A DNA stretch of 64,000 nucleotides from Patescibacteria group bacterium (GCA_004297205.1 SCUL01000002.1:594893-658892); one strand, 5' to 3'; positions 53,309 through 62,920 are shown, counted from the stretch's first letter. Numbers and translations: made by a program. The notes: generated by a model from the letters alone, not told the origin.

Positions 53309-54211
53309 GTGACAACGTACATCGAACGGTATCGGGAAGTCCGCGCCTTGTTCGTGGGAGGCGACGTCGCATCCGTGGTCGGTCGCGCTCGCGTCGACAT
53401 GGAGGAGGCCTACGCGCATCTGGCGCAGAAGCTGCCGGACAGTCACGTCTGGAAGCAGGGCAAGATGGTGCACGCCCGCACCGCGGCGGGCGAGGTCATT
53501 GCGCTCGCCTCGCGCTTCGGCTTCAACGATGTGGAACGGCAGGCGGTCGCGTTCCTGCTCTACAGCCACGACGTCGGCCGAATGGTGGAGGCGCTCCGCC
53601 AGGTCCAGGGGCAGCCGCGCGCGCTGTGGCATCACGGCCGCGACAGCGTCGAGGTCATCCGCGCCGCGACCGCGGTGCTCCCCGGCACGCGCCCCTGGTT
53701 CGACACGCTGCTCGTCGCGGTCGAACATCATGCCGACCGCACCACGCCGAGCACCAAGGAGTTGGGCGGCGACCGCGCCGCCTGGGCGCTCATGACGCTG
53801 CTGCGCGACCTCGACAAGCGCGTCGGGTTTCAGTCCGCGGAACGCTACACCGCGGACGAGGCGTACAAGGTTGCGCAAGCCAAGGCCAACTGGCCGGAGC
53901 GGCGCGCCGTGGATCCGCTCTGGGGGACGGAGATGGGCCGCATCGACCCGCCGGAGATGGTCGCGGCCTTCCTGCGCGGGGAAGCGCTCGAGCGGTCCCG
54001 CTGCCGGAGTTACGAGGCCTACATGCTCCAGTACCTGGCCTGGCTCTTCGACGTGGTACACCAGGAGGTTCTCGACCTGATCCTGGCCGAAAACGGACCG
54101 ATGATCGTCCGCGACTACCTGACGCGCCAGCTCACGGCGGCCTGTCCCGAGGAGGCGCAACAGATCGCCAACACGGTCTACAGCTTCATCCAAGGCCGGA
54201 TGTCGAAGTGA
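53309..54211 (+). CDS. HD-domain phosphohydrolase-like protein
   Basis: H...HD (LLYSHDVGR) and downstream His/Asp positions. GTG start after a GAGAGGGG RBS; the first 18 codons of the track ORF cover a terminator hairpin. Confidence 0.5.
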   Translation: MTTYIERYREVRALFVGGDVASVVGRARVDMEEAYAHLAQKLPDSHVWKQGKMVHARTAAGEVIALASRFGFNDVERQAVAFLLYSHDVGRMVEALRQVQGQPRALWHHGRDSVEVIRAATAVLPGTRPWFDTLLVAVEHHADRTTPSTKELGGDRAAWALMTLLRDLDKRVGFQSAERYTADEAYKVAQAKANWPERRAVDPLWGTEMGRIDPPEMVAAFLRGEALERSRCRSYEAYMLQYLAWLFDVVHQEVLDLILAENGPMIVRDYLTRQLTAACPEEAQQIANTVYSFIQGRMSK

Positions 54212-54222
54212 GATCGGCGAAC

Positions 54223-54258
54223 GCCGTGCACGCCCCGCGTGCACGGCGTCTTTTTTAT
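54223..54258 (+). terminator. Intrinsic terminator
   Basis: GCCGTGCACG-CCCC-GCGTGCACGGC hairpin followed by GTCTTTTTTATT. Confidence 0.65.
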
Positions 54259-54306
54259 TCCGCTCGCCTGGCAGATGCGCGGTCTGCGCGTCCTGCGGTA
54301 TGATGG

Positions 54307-54903
54307 TTGCCTATGACATCGACGTATCACCACATTGCCCAGGCGCGCATCACGCTGCTGACCCTTGGTGAGGCGCCGCATGCCACGCTGCTGACCTCGC
54401 AGGCCACGGCGCTCGATGAATTGCGCGCCGCGGCGCAGGAAACGGAGAAGTTGGCGCGCATCCATCCGGCCACGATGCTCAAGGAGGCGGCGATCGGCGG
54501 CTTCTCCGCATTGTCGCTCTTGTCCGTATTCGTTCTTGGACGGAGTCTGGCCCTGATGTATGCGCAGATCCGCGCCCAGATTTCAGGCATCCAGATTCCC
54601 TTCGTGGATGTCTCCGCGCAGACCAGCCGCATCCTTCCTCCGATGCCGCTGCTTGATCAGATTGCCAAGCTTCCCGAGATGACCTGGGCTCAGGCTATTG
54701 CCGCGTCCGTCGCCGTGGCCGTTGTCATCTTGCTGTACCATATCGTGAAATCGTTTCTGCTGTTGAGGCGGGAGCGGTTGCTCGCGCACAGCGCCAAGGC
54801 GCTCGCCGCCGCCTCCCACGTCATACGTCAGGCGGCCGCCGTCGGCAGTCGGGAAGATGCGCTTGCCCTGCTTGCCAAAGCCATGGAGGACGTCGCGCCC
54901 TGA
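54307..54903 (+). CDS. Hypothetical membrane protein (2-3 TM helices)
   Basis: ORF with hydrophobic segments; terminator follows. Confidence 0.45.
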   Translation: MPMTSTYHHIAQARITLLTLGEAPHATLLTSQATALDELRAAAQETEKLARIHPATMLKEAAIGGFSALSLLSVFVLGRSLALMYAQIRAQISGIQIPFVDVSAQTSRILPPMPLLDQIAKLPEMTWAQAIAASVAVAVVILLYHIVKSFLLLRRERLLAHSAKALAAASHVIRQAAAVGSREDALALLAKAMEDVAP

Positions 54904-54907
54904 AAAC

Positions 54908-54940
54908 AAAAACGCCCCCGCCGAGGCGGGGGCGTTTTGT
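54908..54940. terminator. Bidirectional terminator
   Basis: GCCCCCGCC-GAG-GCGGGGGC hairpin with flanking A-runs and T-runs. Confidence 0.7.
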
Positions 54941-54945
54941 ATCGC

Positions 54946-55578
54946 TTACTTCTTGACCGTGAACAGGACGTGGACGTAGACCCGGCCGTCGTCGACCTGG
55001 ATGGTCAGTTGTCCGCCTTCCTGGTCGTCGCCCTCGCCGCGGCCGAAGGCCATGATCGATCCCTGGTCGGTCGTGCCGCCGATGCTGCTGCTGATCGTCC
55101 AGCCCTTGGCCGGCAGCTCACGCTTGTACCAGGCATCCAACTCGGCCACCGCGGCCGTGCTTGTCCAGGTCGCGGTGTGCAGCTCGCCCTTGGGTGCGTC
55201 CACCACCGACCCGCTCACCACGGTCGTGCTGCCATGGATCGGAAAGTCGCGGGAAAAATTGGACGGCAGCCTGCCTTCCTCGGTCTTCAGCGTCGCGGTG
55301 TTCCCTTCGTTGTCCGTGAAGGTGAAGGTGCCGTCTTCGCCGATCTTCATCGTTTCGCCATCCTTGCCGGAGAAGCTCACGGCGCCGCCGCGTTCGTCGA
55401 TCTTCACGCCGCCGGCTTCGAAGGCCTTCTTGAGGCCGAAGCCCACGGCTTTGGCGGCGATCCAGCCGCCGATCAGGGACAGCAGGCCAAGGCCCAGGAC
55501 CACCGCGAGGATGATCATCAGGATCTTTTTGTTGGAACCGGACGAGCTGCTCGGCGGCGTGGCGGACGGCGTGTCCAT
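54946..55578 (-). CDS. Membrane-anchored extracytoplasmic protein, hypothetical
   Basis: N-terminal TM (ILMIILAVVLGLGLLSLIGGWIAA) then a beta-rich domain. Start uncertain: 55578 or 55614. Confidence 0.45.
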   Translation of the reverse strand: MDTPSATPPSSSSGSNKKILMIILAVVLGLGLLSLIGGWIAAKAVGFGLKKAFEAGGVKIDERGGAVSFSGKDGETMKIGEDGTFTFTDNEGNTATLKTEEGRLPSNFSRDFPIHGSTTVVSGSVVDAPKGELHTATWTSTAAVAELDAWYKRELPAKGWTISSSIGGTTDQGSIMAFGRGEGDDQEGGQLTIQVDDGRVYVHVLFTVKK

Positions 55579-55635
55579 ACGGAGGAGGTGTGAGGAGTTT
55601 GTGGGAGCGTACACCGGACGTTCGGTGCGGCCAAG

Positions 55636-56643
55636 TCAGATGCGGGAGATGGTTTTGCGGATTTCACGGCCCGGGTCGGCGCCCGCGAACAGGACACGGT
55701 CGACGAGGAACAGGAGCGGCGCGACGATCTTCTTGCGCTTGGCGAACGGGGCCAGCGCGCGGACGGCGCGCACGCCTTCGATGGTCTGGGCGGGGTCGTT
55801 CATTCTGATGCGGCAGGACGCGTCCAGGCACAGCTCTTCGCCGAAGCGGCGGTTGCGGCTGTGCGTCGAGGTGCCGGTCACGAACAGGTCGCCGAGACCC
55901 GCAAAGCCGTGGACGGCGTCGCTGCTCGTCGCGCCCAGGGCGCGCATCAGCCGGTTCATCTCCTCGACCGCCAAGGTCAGGAGCGCGGCTTTGGTGTTGG
56001 CGCCGAGCTTGGCGCCGTCGCACATGCCGAGCGCCAGCGCATAGACGTTTTTCAGGGTTCCGCCGAAGGCCGTTCCCGCCACGTCGGCCGTCGGCCGGAT
56101 GCGGAACGTCGGCGTCTCCAAGAGGCGCGCCACGCGCCGGGCCACGCGGACGTCGTGCGCCGCCACGTTCACGACCGTCGGCTGTCCGGCGGCGAACTCG
56201 GTGGCGATCGACGGGCCGGAGAGCGTGGCCAGCAGTTTCTTGTTGGGTCGCGGCAATTCGTCTTCGACCACGTCGATCATCGGCGCGAGCGACGCTTCGT
56301 CCACGCCCTTGGCGACGTTCAGGACGAGCGTGGTCGGGGAAAGATGGCGCGCCATCTGGCGGCTGACGGTCTGAACGACGTGCGATGGCACGGCCACGAT
56401 CACGAGTCCGGCGCCCTCGACCGCGTTCTCGATGCGCGCCACGGCGCGGACCGTGCGCGGCAGGCGGACGCCGGCAAGGTACTTCGTATTCTCCCGCCGT
56501 TTGGCGATCTGTTCGATGACGTCGGACTCGACCGACCACAAGACGACCGGGGCATGACGCGCCGCGCAGACGGCGAGCGCCGTGCCCATGTTGCCTGCAC
56601 CGAGGATGGCGATGTGCTTCGGCATATGCGCGGATTGTAGCAT
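55636..56643 (-). CDS. gpsA: NAD(P)H-dependent glycerol-3-phosphate dehydrogenase
   Basis: Rossmann HIAILGAGNMGTALA plus GpsA C-terminal domain blocks. Alternative start at 56625. Confidence 0.9.
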   Translation of the reverse strand: MLQSAHMPKHIAILGAGNMGTALAVCAARHAPVVLWSVESDVIEQIAKRRENTKYLAGVRLPRTVRAVARIENAVEGAGLVIVAVPSHVVQTVSRQMARHLSPTTLVLNVAKGVDEASLAPMIDVVEDELPRPNKKLLATLSGPSIATEFAAGQPTVVNVAAHDVRVARRVARLLETPTFRIRPTADVAGTAFGGTLKNVYALALGMCDGAKLGANTKAALLTLAVEEMNRLMRALGATSSDAVHGFAGLGDLFVTGTSTHSRNRRFGEELCLDASCRIRMNDPAQTIEGVRAVRALAPFAKRKKIVAPLLFLVDRVLFAGADPGREIRKTISRI

Positions 56644-56667
56644 GGGGAAAAAAAGTCGGCGTCCTTG

Positions 56668-57204
56668 TCAGGGAAGCCGAACGTCGATGATGCGCCAGTC
56701 GGCGCGGTCCGGAAGCGGCGCCTCACCCAGGTGGTGGAGCAGCGTGTTGTGGCTGCGGCCGTGGCCGACCAGGATCACCGCGCCCTCCGACGGTTCGGCG
56801 AGTGCGTCCGCGAGCGCGGCGAGGGTGCGTGCGAGTACGCCGTCGCGGTGCTCACCGCCCCAGGCGCGGAAGTCGTAGGGCGCGGCTGCGGGCGGCATCA
56901 CCCCGCCGATGATCTCCGCGACGTCGTCGAGCGTCTTGCCTTCGAGCGTGCCGAAGCCGCATTCCATGAGCCGCTTGTCGTGGTCCACGGTGCGGTGAAG
57001 CTTCGCACCAATGATCGTCGCCGTCTCCGACGCGCGGGAGAGTGACGAGCTGATGATGCGTGTCACGTTTTGCTCGCCCAAGGCACTGGCGATGATCTCT
57101 GCCTGCTCCCGCCCCACCCGGTTGAGCGGGATGTCGGTATGCCCTTGGATGCGCTTCTGTGCGTTCCAGTCCGTCAGGCAGTGGCGGACGAAAATTACCC
57201 GCAT
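56668..57204 (-). CDS. Histidine phosphatase family protein (phosphoglycerate mutase-like)
   Basis: RHG motif (VRHCLTDWN) with catalytic His, GHG. Confidence 0.8.
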   Translation of the reverse strand: MRVIFVRHCLTDWNAQKRIQGHTDIPLNRVGREQAEIIASALGEQNVTRIISSSLSRASETATIIGAKLHRTVDHDKRLMECGFGTLEGKTLDDVAEIIGGVMPPAAAPYDFRAWGGEHRDGVLARTLAALADALAEPSEGAVILVGHGRSHNTLLHHLGEAPLPDRADWRIIDVRLP

Positions 57205-57222
57205 GTTTCCTCCGCGTTGATC

Positions 57223-58662
57223 CTACGGACGGGCGGGTGCCGCGTCAACCGCAGGCAGCGGAAGCGGCTCGGGCGGCGGCACCGGTTTGCCGAGCGGGAC
57301 CGGAACCGGCTGCGGATCTTCGCTCTGGAAGGCGTTCGGGTCGAGCGCCGGGACGATCACGGCGTGCGGATAGGAGTTGCCGAATTGGTCGGTGACGGTG
57401 CCGCGGAAGGCGACGACCGGCAGGAAGTAGGAGGCCGGACCCGTGCCGTCATCCGACCACTTCTGCAGATACCCGAGCCGCGCTTCGGTGAGCACGATGC
57501 GCACCACCGGGCGCTTGGCTTCCTCGGCCGGCGTGTAGACGCCTTCGCCCCACCCGCCCCAGGGGTTGATGCCGCCCAGGAGCGCCTTGGCGCGGATGGC
57601 GTCTGCGGACTGCGTCGGATAGAGCGAGCGTTCCAGACCGCGCAGGAGCGTCGCCGAACCGTTCTCGACGGCGCGCGTCGCGGCGGAAACCTGCACGGTG
57701 ATGACGCCGGAATCGGCGCCGTCCCAGTCGAGCGTCGGCAGATTGTCGAGCTTGGCGCCGTAGCGGACGGTCACGGTCTGCGGCCAGTAGCCGGGCCAGA
57801 TCGTCGGCATCATGTCCTTTACGGGCGCGACGGCGGACGTCGGCGGCGGACTCGTCACGGTGGCGTCGGCGGCCCGGCCTTCCATGATGCAGGCGCGGCC
57901 GTCGCCGCAGGGATCCGCATTGCGGATCACGGTCGGCCCGCCGTAGCTCGAAAGGTCCAAACCGAGCTTCGCCAGGAAGCCGTTGGCGATGCTGATCGCG
58001 TCACCGTCGCTGATCGTCGCTTCCGCATTCCCCGTGTCCGTCGCCCAGGCGCGGTCGCGGTACCAGGAGAGCATGCCGCTTGTGGCGTCGTAGGTGTAGG
58101 TCAGGCCGTCCTCGCCGCGCATGGAGAACGAGGCGATGCTCCCCCCCGGGAGATTCAAGCCGGCCGCGTCGGCAAAGGAGCGCGCCGCGCCGCCCAAGCC
58201 CGGCGGCCGGCTGCGGAAGACGGCCATCTCGCCCGGAACGGCGGGAAGCGCCGGTCCTTCCCAGGTCGTCACGATGCGCGGCGCCAAGTATTCCTCCGGC
58301 GGGATGCCGGGGCGCGTGATGCCGATCGATCCCGACGTGCCGCCGCCGCTTCCGGCAACCGCGGTTCCCGAGACGGCGATGTCGCGGGCAACCATCGGTT
58401 CCGCGCCGACGGACGGTGCCACGGCATCCTCCGTCACCGCACCCGTGACGCCCGCGGCAGCCGGACGGGGCGCCATGGCGAGGGCCGAGCGTTCCGCCGC
58501 GGAGACGCCGGCATCCGCGGTCGAGAGCCCCGGCAGTTTGCCGAAGCCCTGGCGGTCGGCAACCGGCGCGGATGACGGCGCGCGCGGCGCAATGGCCACG
58601 AGTCCGGCGATCAGCGCGACGCCGGCGAGCACGAGTCCTGCGGGGATGAGGAAGCGGGGCAT
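57223..58662 (-). CDS. Large membrane-anchored extracytoplasmic protein, hypothetical (479 aa)
   Basis: N-terminal TM (LIPAGLVLAGVALIAGLVAIA), Ala/Pro/Gly-rich linker, then a globular region; the opposite-strand 501-aa ORF is noise. Confidence 0.5.
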   Translation of the reverse strand: MPRFLIPAGLVLAGVALIAGLVAIAPRAPSSAPVADRQGFGKLPGLSTADAGVSAAERSALAMAPRPAAAGVTGAVTEDAVAPSVGAEPMVARDIAVSGTAVAGSGGGTSGSIGITRPGIPPEEYLAPRIVTTWEGPALPAVPGEMAVFRSRPPGLGGAARSFADAAGLNLPGGSIASFSMRGEDGLTYTYDATSGMLSWYRDRAWATDTGNAEATISDGDAISIANGFLAKLGLDLSSYGGPTVIRNADPCGDGRACIMEGRAADATVTSPPPTSAVAPVKDMMPTIWPGYWPQTVTVRYGAKLDNLPTLDWDGADSGVITVQVSAATRAVENGSATLLRGLERSLYPTQSADAIRAKALLGGINPWGGWGEGVYTPAEEAKRPVVRIVLTEARLGYLQKWSDDGTGPASYFLPVVAFRGTVTDQFGNSYPHAVIVPALDPNAFQSEDPQPVPVPLGKPVPPPEPLPLPAVDAAPARP

Positions 58663-58763
58663 AGGAAAGAGATGTTCATGTGAACATACGGTGCGCGGAC
58701 CGCCGGTTTACAGGTTGACATGGGCGCCGCTGTCTGTTATTTCTGGCTCGAAGGAGGTGCATT

Positions 58764-59426
58764 TTGGGAAAGTCGTATCGGGGAGACTATGACATCAGTC
58801 TGCACGCAGTGCAGCGGTATGTCGAACGGGTGAAAGGAGAGCGCACGCCGAGTTACATGCCGCAGGAGCAGATCGACGCGGTGCGCCGCGAGATGCGCCG
58901 GGACCTGGCGATCGCCCGGGAGCTGCCGTCGGCAGCCGGACTCGCGCTTGCGGTCCGCGGTCTGCTCGCGCCCCTTCACTCCGCGCTCGTCTCGGAGACG
59001 CGAATCTACGTGTTGAAAGGCAGGAAGGTGGTGACCGTGCTCGTGGTCGAGCCGGAGATGCTCGCGCTTGCCGACGACCTCATCGAGCAGTCGGAAAAAG
59101 GGAGCGGCATTTTCAGTACGGACGGGCAGCGCTCCTCGGACACGTTCACGTGTGCGTTGCAGGACGACGCGGTCCCGGGGCTGAAGTCGCTCTCGATTCC
59201 GAATGGTTGTCTGGAGGTGTTCGAGGCGGCGTGGAAATGCGACCGTTACCACCACGACTTCGCGCCGCAGCTGGCTCGTCTGCGACGACGGTCGTATACG
59301 ATAGATCGGACGGTGTTTCTCAGACACACGAGTCTCAGTCCGGAGACCGCCTCGGTCTGCTACGCGCACGGCAATTTTCGTTTCGCGGTCCTCGACGGCA
59401 GGATGGTCGCCTGCGTCGTGGTGTGA
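58764..59426 (+). CDS. Hypothetical protein with an N-terminal DUF4258-like (toxin-fold) motif
   Basis: ISLHAVQRYVERV resembles the hxHAxxRMxER signature of DUF4258/RelE-fold proteins; long C-terminal extension. Confidence 0.4.
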   Translation: MGKSYRGDYDISLHAVQRYVERVKGERTPSYMPQEQIDAVRREMRRDLAIARELPSAAGLALAVRGLLAPLHSALVSETRIYVLKGRKVVTVLVVEPEMLALADDLIEQSEKGSGIFSTDGQRSSDTFTCALQDDAVPGLKSLSIPNGCLEVFEAAWKCDRYHHDFAPQLARLRRRSYTIDRTVFLRHTSLSPETASVCYAHGNFRFAVLDGRMVACVVV

Positions 59427-59490
59427 CGCGGTCCTGACCAGGGCCGCCTTTTCTTTTCCCGGCGCTGATCAGCTGCTAGGATGCCGGCGT

Positions 59491-60204
59491 ATGGCCAAGC
59501 ATTCGAAATGGGCGAAAGTGAAGAACTACAAGGGCGCGGCCGATGCCAAGCGCGCCGGCGTCTTCACGAAGCACGCCCGTGCCGTCGCCGTGGCCGCCCG
59601 TCATGGCGCCGATCCGTCCGCCAACTTCCAGCTGCGCATGGCCATGGACGCGGCGCGCGCCGACAACGTGCCGAACGACAACATCGAGCGGGCCATCGCC
59701 CGCGGCAGCGGCGCGGACGCCGGCGAGCAGATGAAGGAAGTGCTCTATGAGGGATTCGGTCCGGGCGGCTCGGCCCTGCTCATCGAAGCCGTGACCGACA
59801 ATCCCAACCGCACCGTCCAGAACCTCCGCCACATCATGTCGAAACTCGGCGGCAACCTTTCCGGCAGCGTGCAGTGGCAGTTTGAAAGGCGCGGCGTGCT
59901 GCGCCTGCCTGCAAGCGCCGGCAGCGGCGACGAATTCCAGCTGGCCTTGATCGATCTGGGCGCGGCCGACGTCGAGGCGGACGATGAGGGAACGACCGTC
60001 TTCACCGCGCCGGGCGACCTGGAGCGCGTGCGCGCCGCGCTCGTTGCCAAAGGGTGGACGCCGGAAGCGGCGGAGACCGCCTGGATCCCCAAAGAGCAGA
60101 TTGCGCTTTCCGGAACCGATGCCGAGAGCTTCGTGAAGCTCTGGGATGAATTGAACGGCGACGACGATGTGCAAAAGGTCGCGACCAATGCGACCTGGGA
60201 GTGA
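59491..60204 (+). CDS. yebC: YebC/PmpR (TACO1) family DNA-binding regulatory protein
   Basis: MAKHSKWAKVKNYKGAADAKRAGVFTKHARAVAVAARHGADP... matches the family N-terminus. Confidence 0.9.
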   Translation: MAKHSKWAKVKNYKGAADAKRAGVFTKHARAVAVAARHGADPSANFQLRMAMDAARADNVPNDNIERAIARGSGADAGEQMKEVLYEGFGPGGSALLIEAVTDNPNRTVQNLRHIMSKLGGNLSGSVQWQFERRGVLRLPASAGSGDEFQLALIDLGAADVEADDEGTTVFTAPGDLERVRAALVAKGWTPEAAETAWIPKEQIALSGTDAESFVKLWDELNGDDDVQKVATNATWE

Positions 60205-60719
60205 CTATGATCGTGCTGGGAATTGATCCGGGACTTGAGCGGCTCGGCTGGGCCGTGACGACGGAGGAGCGGGGAACACCGCGCGCCATGGCGTTCGGTT
60301 GTTTCCTGACGCAGCGCACGGCAGCGGTGGAGGAGCGCCTGGCGTTGCTCCAGGAGCACGTCCGCTCCGTGATCGCCCTGCACCGTCCGGAGGTCATGGC
60401 CGTAGAAAAACTGCTGTTCCAGAAAAACGTGAAGACCGCGATCGTCGTTGCCCAGGCGCGCGGCGTGGTGCTCGCCGCCGCGGCAGAGGCCGGACTCGGT
60501 CTCGTCGAGCAGACGCCCAACGCCATCAAGCTGGCGGTCACCGGCTACGGCGCTGCCGACAAAAAACAGGTTCAGCGCATGGTGCAGGTGTTGTACCGCC
60601 TGGCCGAACCGCCGCGGTCGGATGACGCCGCGGACGCCCTGGCCATCGCGTTTGCGGGGCACGCCGCCGCAACCATGCTCCGCAGGACCGGCGGAGGCCG
60701 TGGTACACTACGCGCATGA
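60201..60719 (+). CDS. ruvC: Holliday junction resolvase RuvC
   Basis: VLGIDPGL..LGWAV N-terminus, catalytic acidic residues; overlaps the yebC stop (ATGA); the yebC-ruvC pairing is a classic one. Confidence 0.9.
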   Translation: MTMIVLGIDPGLERLGWAVTTEERGTPRAMAFGCFLTQRTAAVEERLALLQEHVRSVIALHRPEVMAVEKLLFQKNVKTAIVVAQARGVVLAAAAEAGLGLVEQTPNAIKLAVTGYGAADKKQVQRMVQVLYRLAEPPRSDDAADALAIAFAGHAAATMLRRTGGGRGTLRA

Positions 60720-61636
60720 AACGCGACGCCGACACTCCGCGCATCGTCGTTGATCCGCTGTCCGGCCGGACGGCGGTCTTCGCGCCCAAGCGCGGCAAGC
60801 GCCCGCACGGCCACAGCGCCAAAGGCCGCAAAGATTTTCTCGCTTCGATCGAGGAGCGGGAAACGGTATTTGCACAGCGCGGCAAAGATCCGAACTGGCG
60901 CATCCGCGTCGTCGGCAACCTCTATCCGTCCTTCACGCCGGCCTACCGCGAGGCGTACGGCCACCAGGACCTGATCGTCGAAGGGCGCAGGTCGACCGCC
61001 ACGCTTGGCACCCTGCCGCCGTCCCTGGTGCGCGAAATCGTCGACGTCTGGGCGGAACGCACCGCGCACTACATGCGCGACCCCAAGGTGGGTTACATCG
61101 TCGTCTTCCACAGTTGGGGAGAGCGGTCCGGCGCCTCCATCGGACATCCGCACAGCCAGATCTACGCCTCGGCCTTCGTGCCGCCCTGGCTCGTTGCGGA
61201 GATGCGCCGCGCCAACCGGTTGCGCGTGCGCGGCGTCCACCCGGTGCTCGCCGAAGCGCGCCGCCTGCGCCGCTCGTCGCTTGCGGTCTGGTCGCGCGGC
61301 GGACTGCTGGCGTACTGCCCGCCGGCCAGCCGTTTTCCCTATGAGACCTGGATCACGCCGTTGCGCCCGGTCGACAACATTGCGGAGCTTACGGCCGGGG
61401 AGCGTCGAGTGCTCGCCGACATGCTCCGCGCCCTGGCGCGGACGTTGGAGCGGCATGACACAGCCTTCAACATCAGCTGCCACCAGCTGGTACGGCAGTC
61501 CGGCGAGCAGCTCGTCATCCGCGTCACGCCGCGCAGGACCATCCCGGCGGGGGTTGAACTCGACGCCGAGATGTATCTGAATCCGGTTTTTCCGGAGCAA
61601 GCCGCTCAACGCCTGCGCCGCGGTCTGGTACAGTGA
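60716..61636 (+). CDS. galT: Galactose-1-phosphate uridylyltransferase-like HIT-family nucleotidyltransferase
   Basis: HPHSQ (HxHxQ) active-site motif and GalT-like half-barrel duplication. Confidence 0.65.
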   Translation: MKRDADTPRIVVDPLSGRTAVFAPKRGKRPHGHSAKGRKDFLASIEERETVFAQRGKDPNWRIRVVGNLYPSFTPAYREAYGHQDLIVEGRRSTATLGTLPPSLVREIVDVWAERTAHYMRDPKVGYIVVFHSWGERSGASIGHPHSQIYASAFVPPWLVAEMRRANRLRVRGVHPVLAEARRLRRSSLAVWSRGGLLAYCPPASRFPYETWITPLRPVDNIAELTAGERRVLADMLRALARTLERHDTAFNISCHQLVRQSGEQLVIRVTPRRTIPAGVELDAEMYLNPVFPEQAAQRLRRGLVQ

Positions 61637-61973
61637 GGGCGATGTCACACGAACGGTATGCCCAACAGGAGGACCAAAACCAAGTCGCGCATCCAGGCAA
61701 CGACGCGGACGGCGACGGCCGTCGCACTTGGCACCGTGGGGATCGCGGCGATCGCTTCTGCTGCGCTGGCGTTCAACTTTCAGGAAACCAGCAACATGAT
61801 CCCGGGTACGGGGTTCAGGACGACCGATGCGGCGCCGAACGCGCCGACGACCTGGCCGGCACCGTGACACGCGTCGCCCTCATCCGGATGCTCAACCATG
61901 CCGACACGCCCGTCGCGCCCCGCGCCGGGCGTCTTGTTTTTTCGGAAAAAAACGGGAATGATAGGTGCGGTCT

Positions 61974-62048
61974 CGGTCCGTAGCTCAACGGTAGAGCGGT
62001 CGTCTTATACACGACTGGTTGCTGGTTCGAATCCAGCCGGACCGACCA
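61974..62048 (+). tRNA. tRNA-Ile2-like with anticodon TAT (UAU)
   Basis: Cloverleaf CGGTCCG-TA-GCTCAACGGTAGAGC-G-GTCGT-CTTATAC-ACGAC-TGGTT-GCTGGTTCGAATCCAGC-CGGACCG-A-CCA; T arm nearly identical to E. coli ileX. Confidence 0.7.
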
Positions 62049-62054
62049 CATGAT

Positions 62055-62561
62055 ATGCCCCTCGTCCTCTTCCGCACCCCGTCCTTCCTGCGCAACTTCA
62101 TTTTCGGCGTCGAAGACTCGCTCGTTTCCACGGTCGGTTTGCTTTCGGGTGTCGCCATCGGCGGCGCCTCACGACGGACGATCTTGCTTGCCGGGATCGT
62201 GTTGATTTTCGTGGAAGCGTTCTCGATGGGCGTGGGCAGCTATCTCTCGGAGCAGAAGGCCCAGGAGTTTTCCAAACAGCGGATGATGCCGCCGCGCCGG
62301 GCGATCATCGGCAGCCTGGTGATGTTCGTCTCGTATTTCGTTTCCGGGTTCGTGCCGCTCGCACCGTACGTTTTTTTGGATCGCGATACGGCATTCGGCG
62401 TATCCATCCTGTGTTCGCTCATCGCACTCTTCCTGCTCGGCTTCGTCGGCGGGCGGCTGTTCCGGATGTCGGCCGTGCGTAACGGACTGGAGATGCTGGT
62501 CATCGGCGGGGCGGCGATCCTCATCGGCGTCGTCGTCGGCCGGTTCGTTCCCGCAGCGTAA
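62055..62561 (+). CDS. VIT1/CCC1 family (iron/manganese transporter-like) membrane protein
   Basis: FGVEDSLVSTVGLLSGVA and second-half repeat pattern of the VIT family. Start placed after the tRNA. Confidence 0.7.
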   Translation: MPLVLFRTPSFLRNFIFGVEDSLVSTVGLLSGVAIGGASRRTILLAGIVLIFVEAFSMGVGSYLSEQKAQEFSKQRMMPPRRAIIGSLVMFVSYFVSGFVPLAPYVFLDRDTAFGVSILCSLIALFLLGFVGGRLFRMSAVRNGLEMLVIGGAAILIGVVVGRFVPAA

Positions 62562-62580
62562 AAGCGGCCCCGGAAACGAA

Positions 62581-62611
62581 AAGACGGCCACCCTGAGGTG
62601 ACCGTCTTTTC
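62581..62611 (+). terminator. Intrinsic terminator after the VIT-family gene
   Basis: GACGGCCACC-CTGA-GGTGACCGTC hairpin followed by TTTTC. Confidence 0.6.
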
Positions 62612-62686
62612 TGGTGCCGGGGGCCAGAATTGAACTGGCGACGCCAGCCTCTTCAGGGCTGCGCTCTACCACTGAGCTACCCCGGC
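62612..62686 (-). tRNA. tRNA-Phe (anticodon GAA)
   Basis: GCCGGGGTAGCTCAGTGGTAGAGC...CTGAAGA...GGTTCAATTCTGGCCCCCGGCACCA. Confidence 0.85.
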
Positions 62687-62688
62687 TC

Positions 62689-62765
62689 TGGTGGGCGGCA
62701 GAGGAGTCGAACCTCTGACCTTCACAATGTCAATGTGACGCTCTAACCAACTGAGCTAGCCGCCC
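62689..62765 (-). tRNA. tRNA-Val (anticodon GAC)
   Basis: GGGCGGCTAGCTCAGTTGGTTAGAGC...TTGACAT...GGTTCGACTCCTCTGCCGCCCACCA. Confidence 0.85.
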
Positions 62766-62805
62766 AAACGCGGGAGCAGAATACCCAAGGAGCGCCGGTC
62801 TGTAA

Positions 62806-62838
62806 AGAAGAGCGCCCCTCTTTCGAGGGGCGCTCTTC
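62806..62838 (-). terminator. Hairpin 3' of the tRNA-Pro/tRNA-Gly pair
   Basis: AGAGCGCCCCTC-TTTCG-GAGGGGCGCTCT perfect 12-bp stem. Confidence 0.5.
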
Positions 62839-62913
62839 TGGAGCGGGCGAGGGGAATCGAACCCCTATCAGCAGGTTGGAAACCTGCGGTAATAGCCATT
62901 ATACGACGCCCGC
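62839..62913 (-). tRNA. tRNA-Gly (anticodon TCC)
   Basis: GCGGGCGTCGTATAATGGCTATTAC...TTTCCAA...GGTTCGATTCCCCTCGCCCGCTCCA. Confidence 0.85.
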
Positions 62914-62920
62914 ATCTTCC

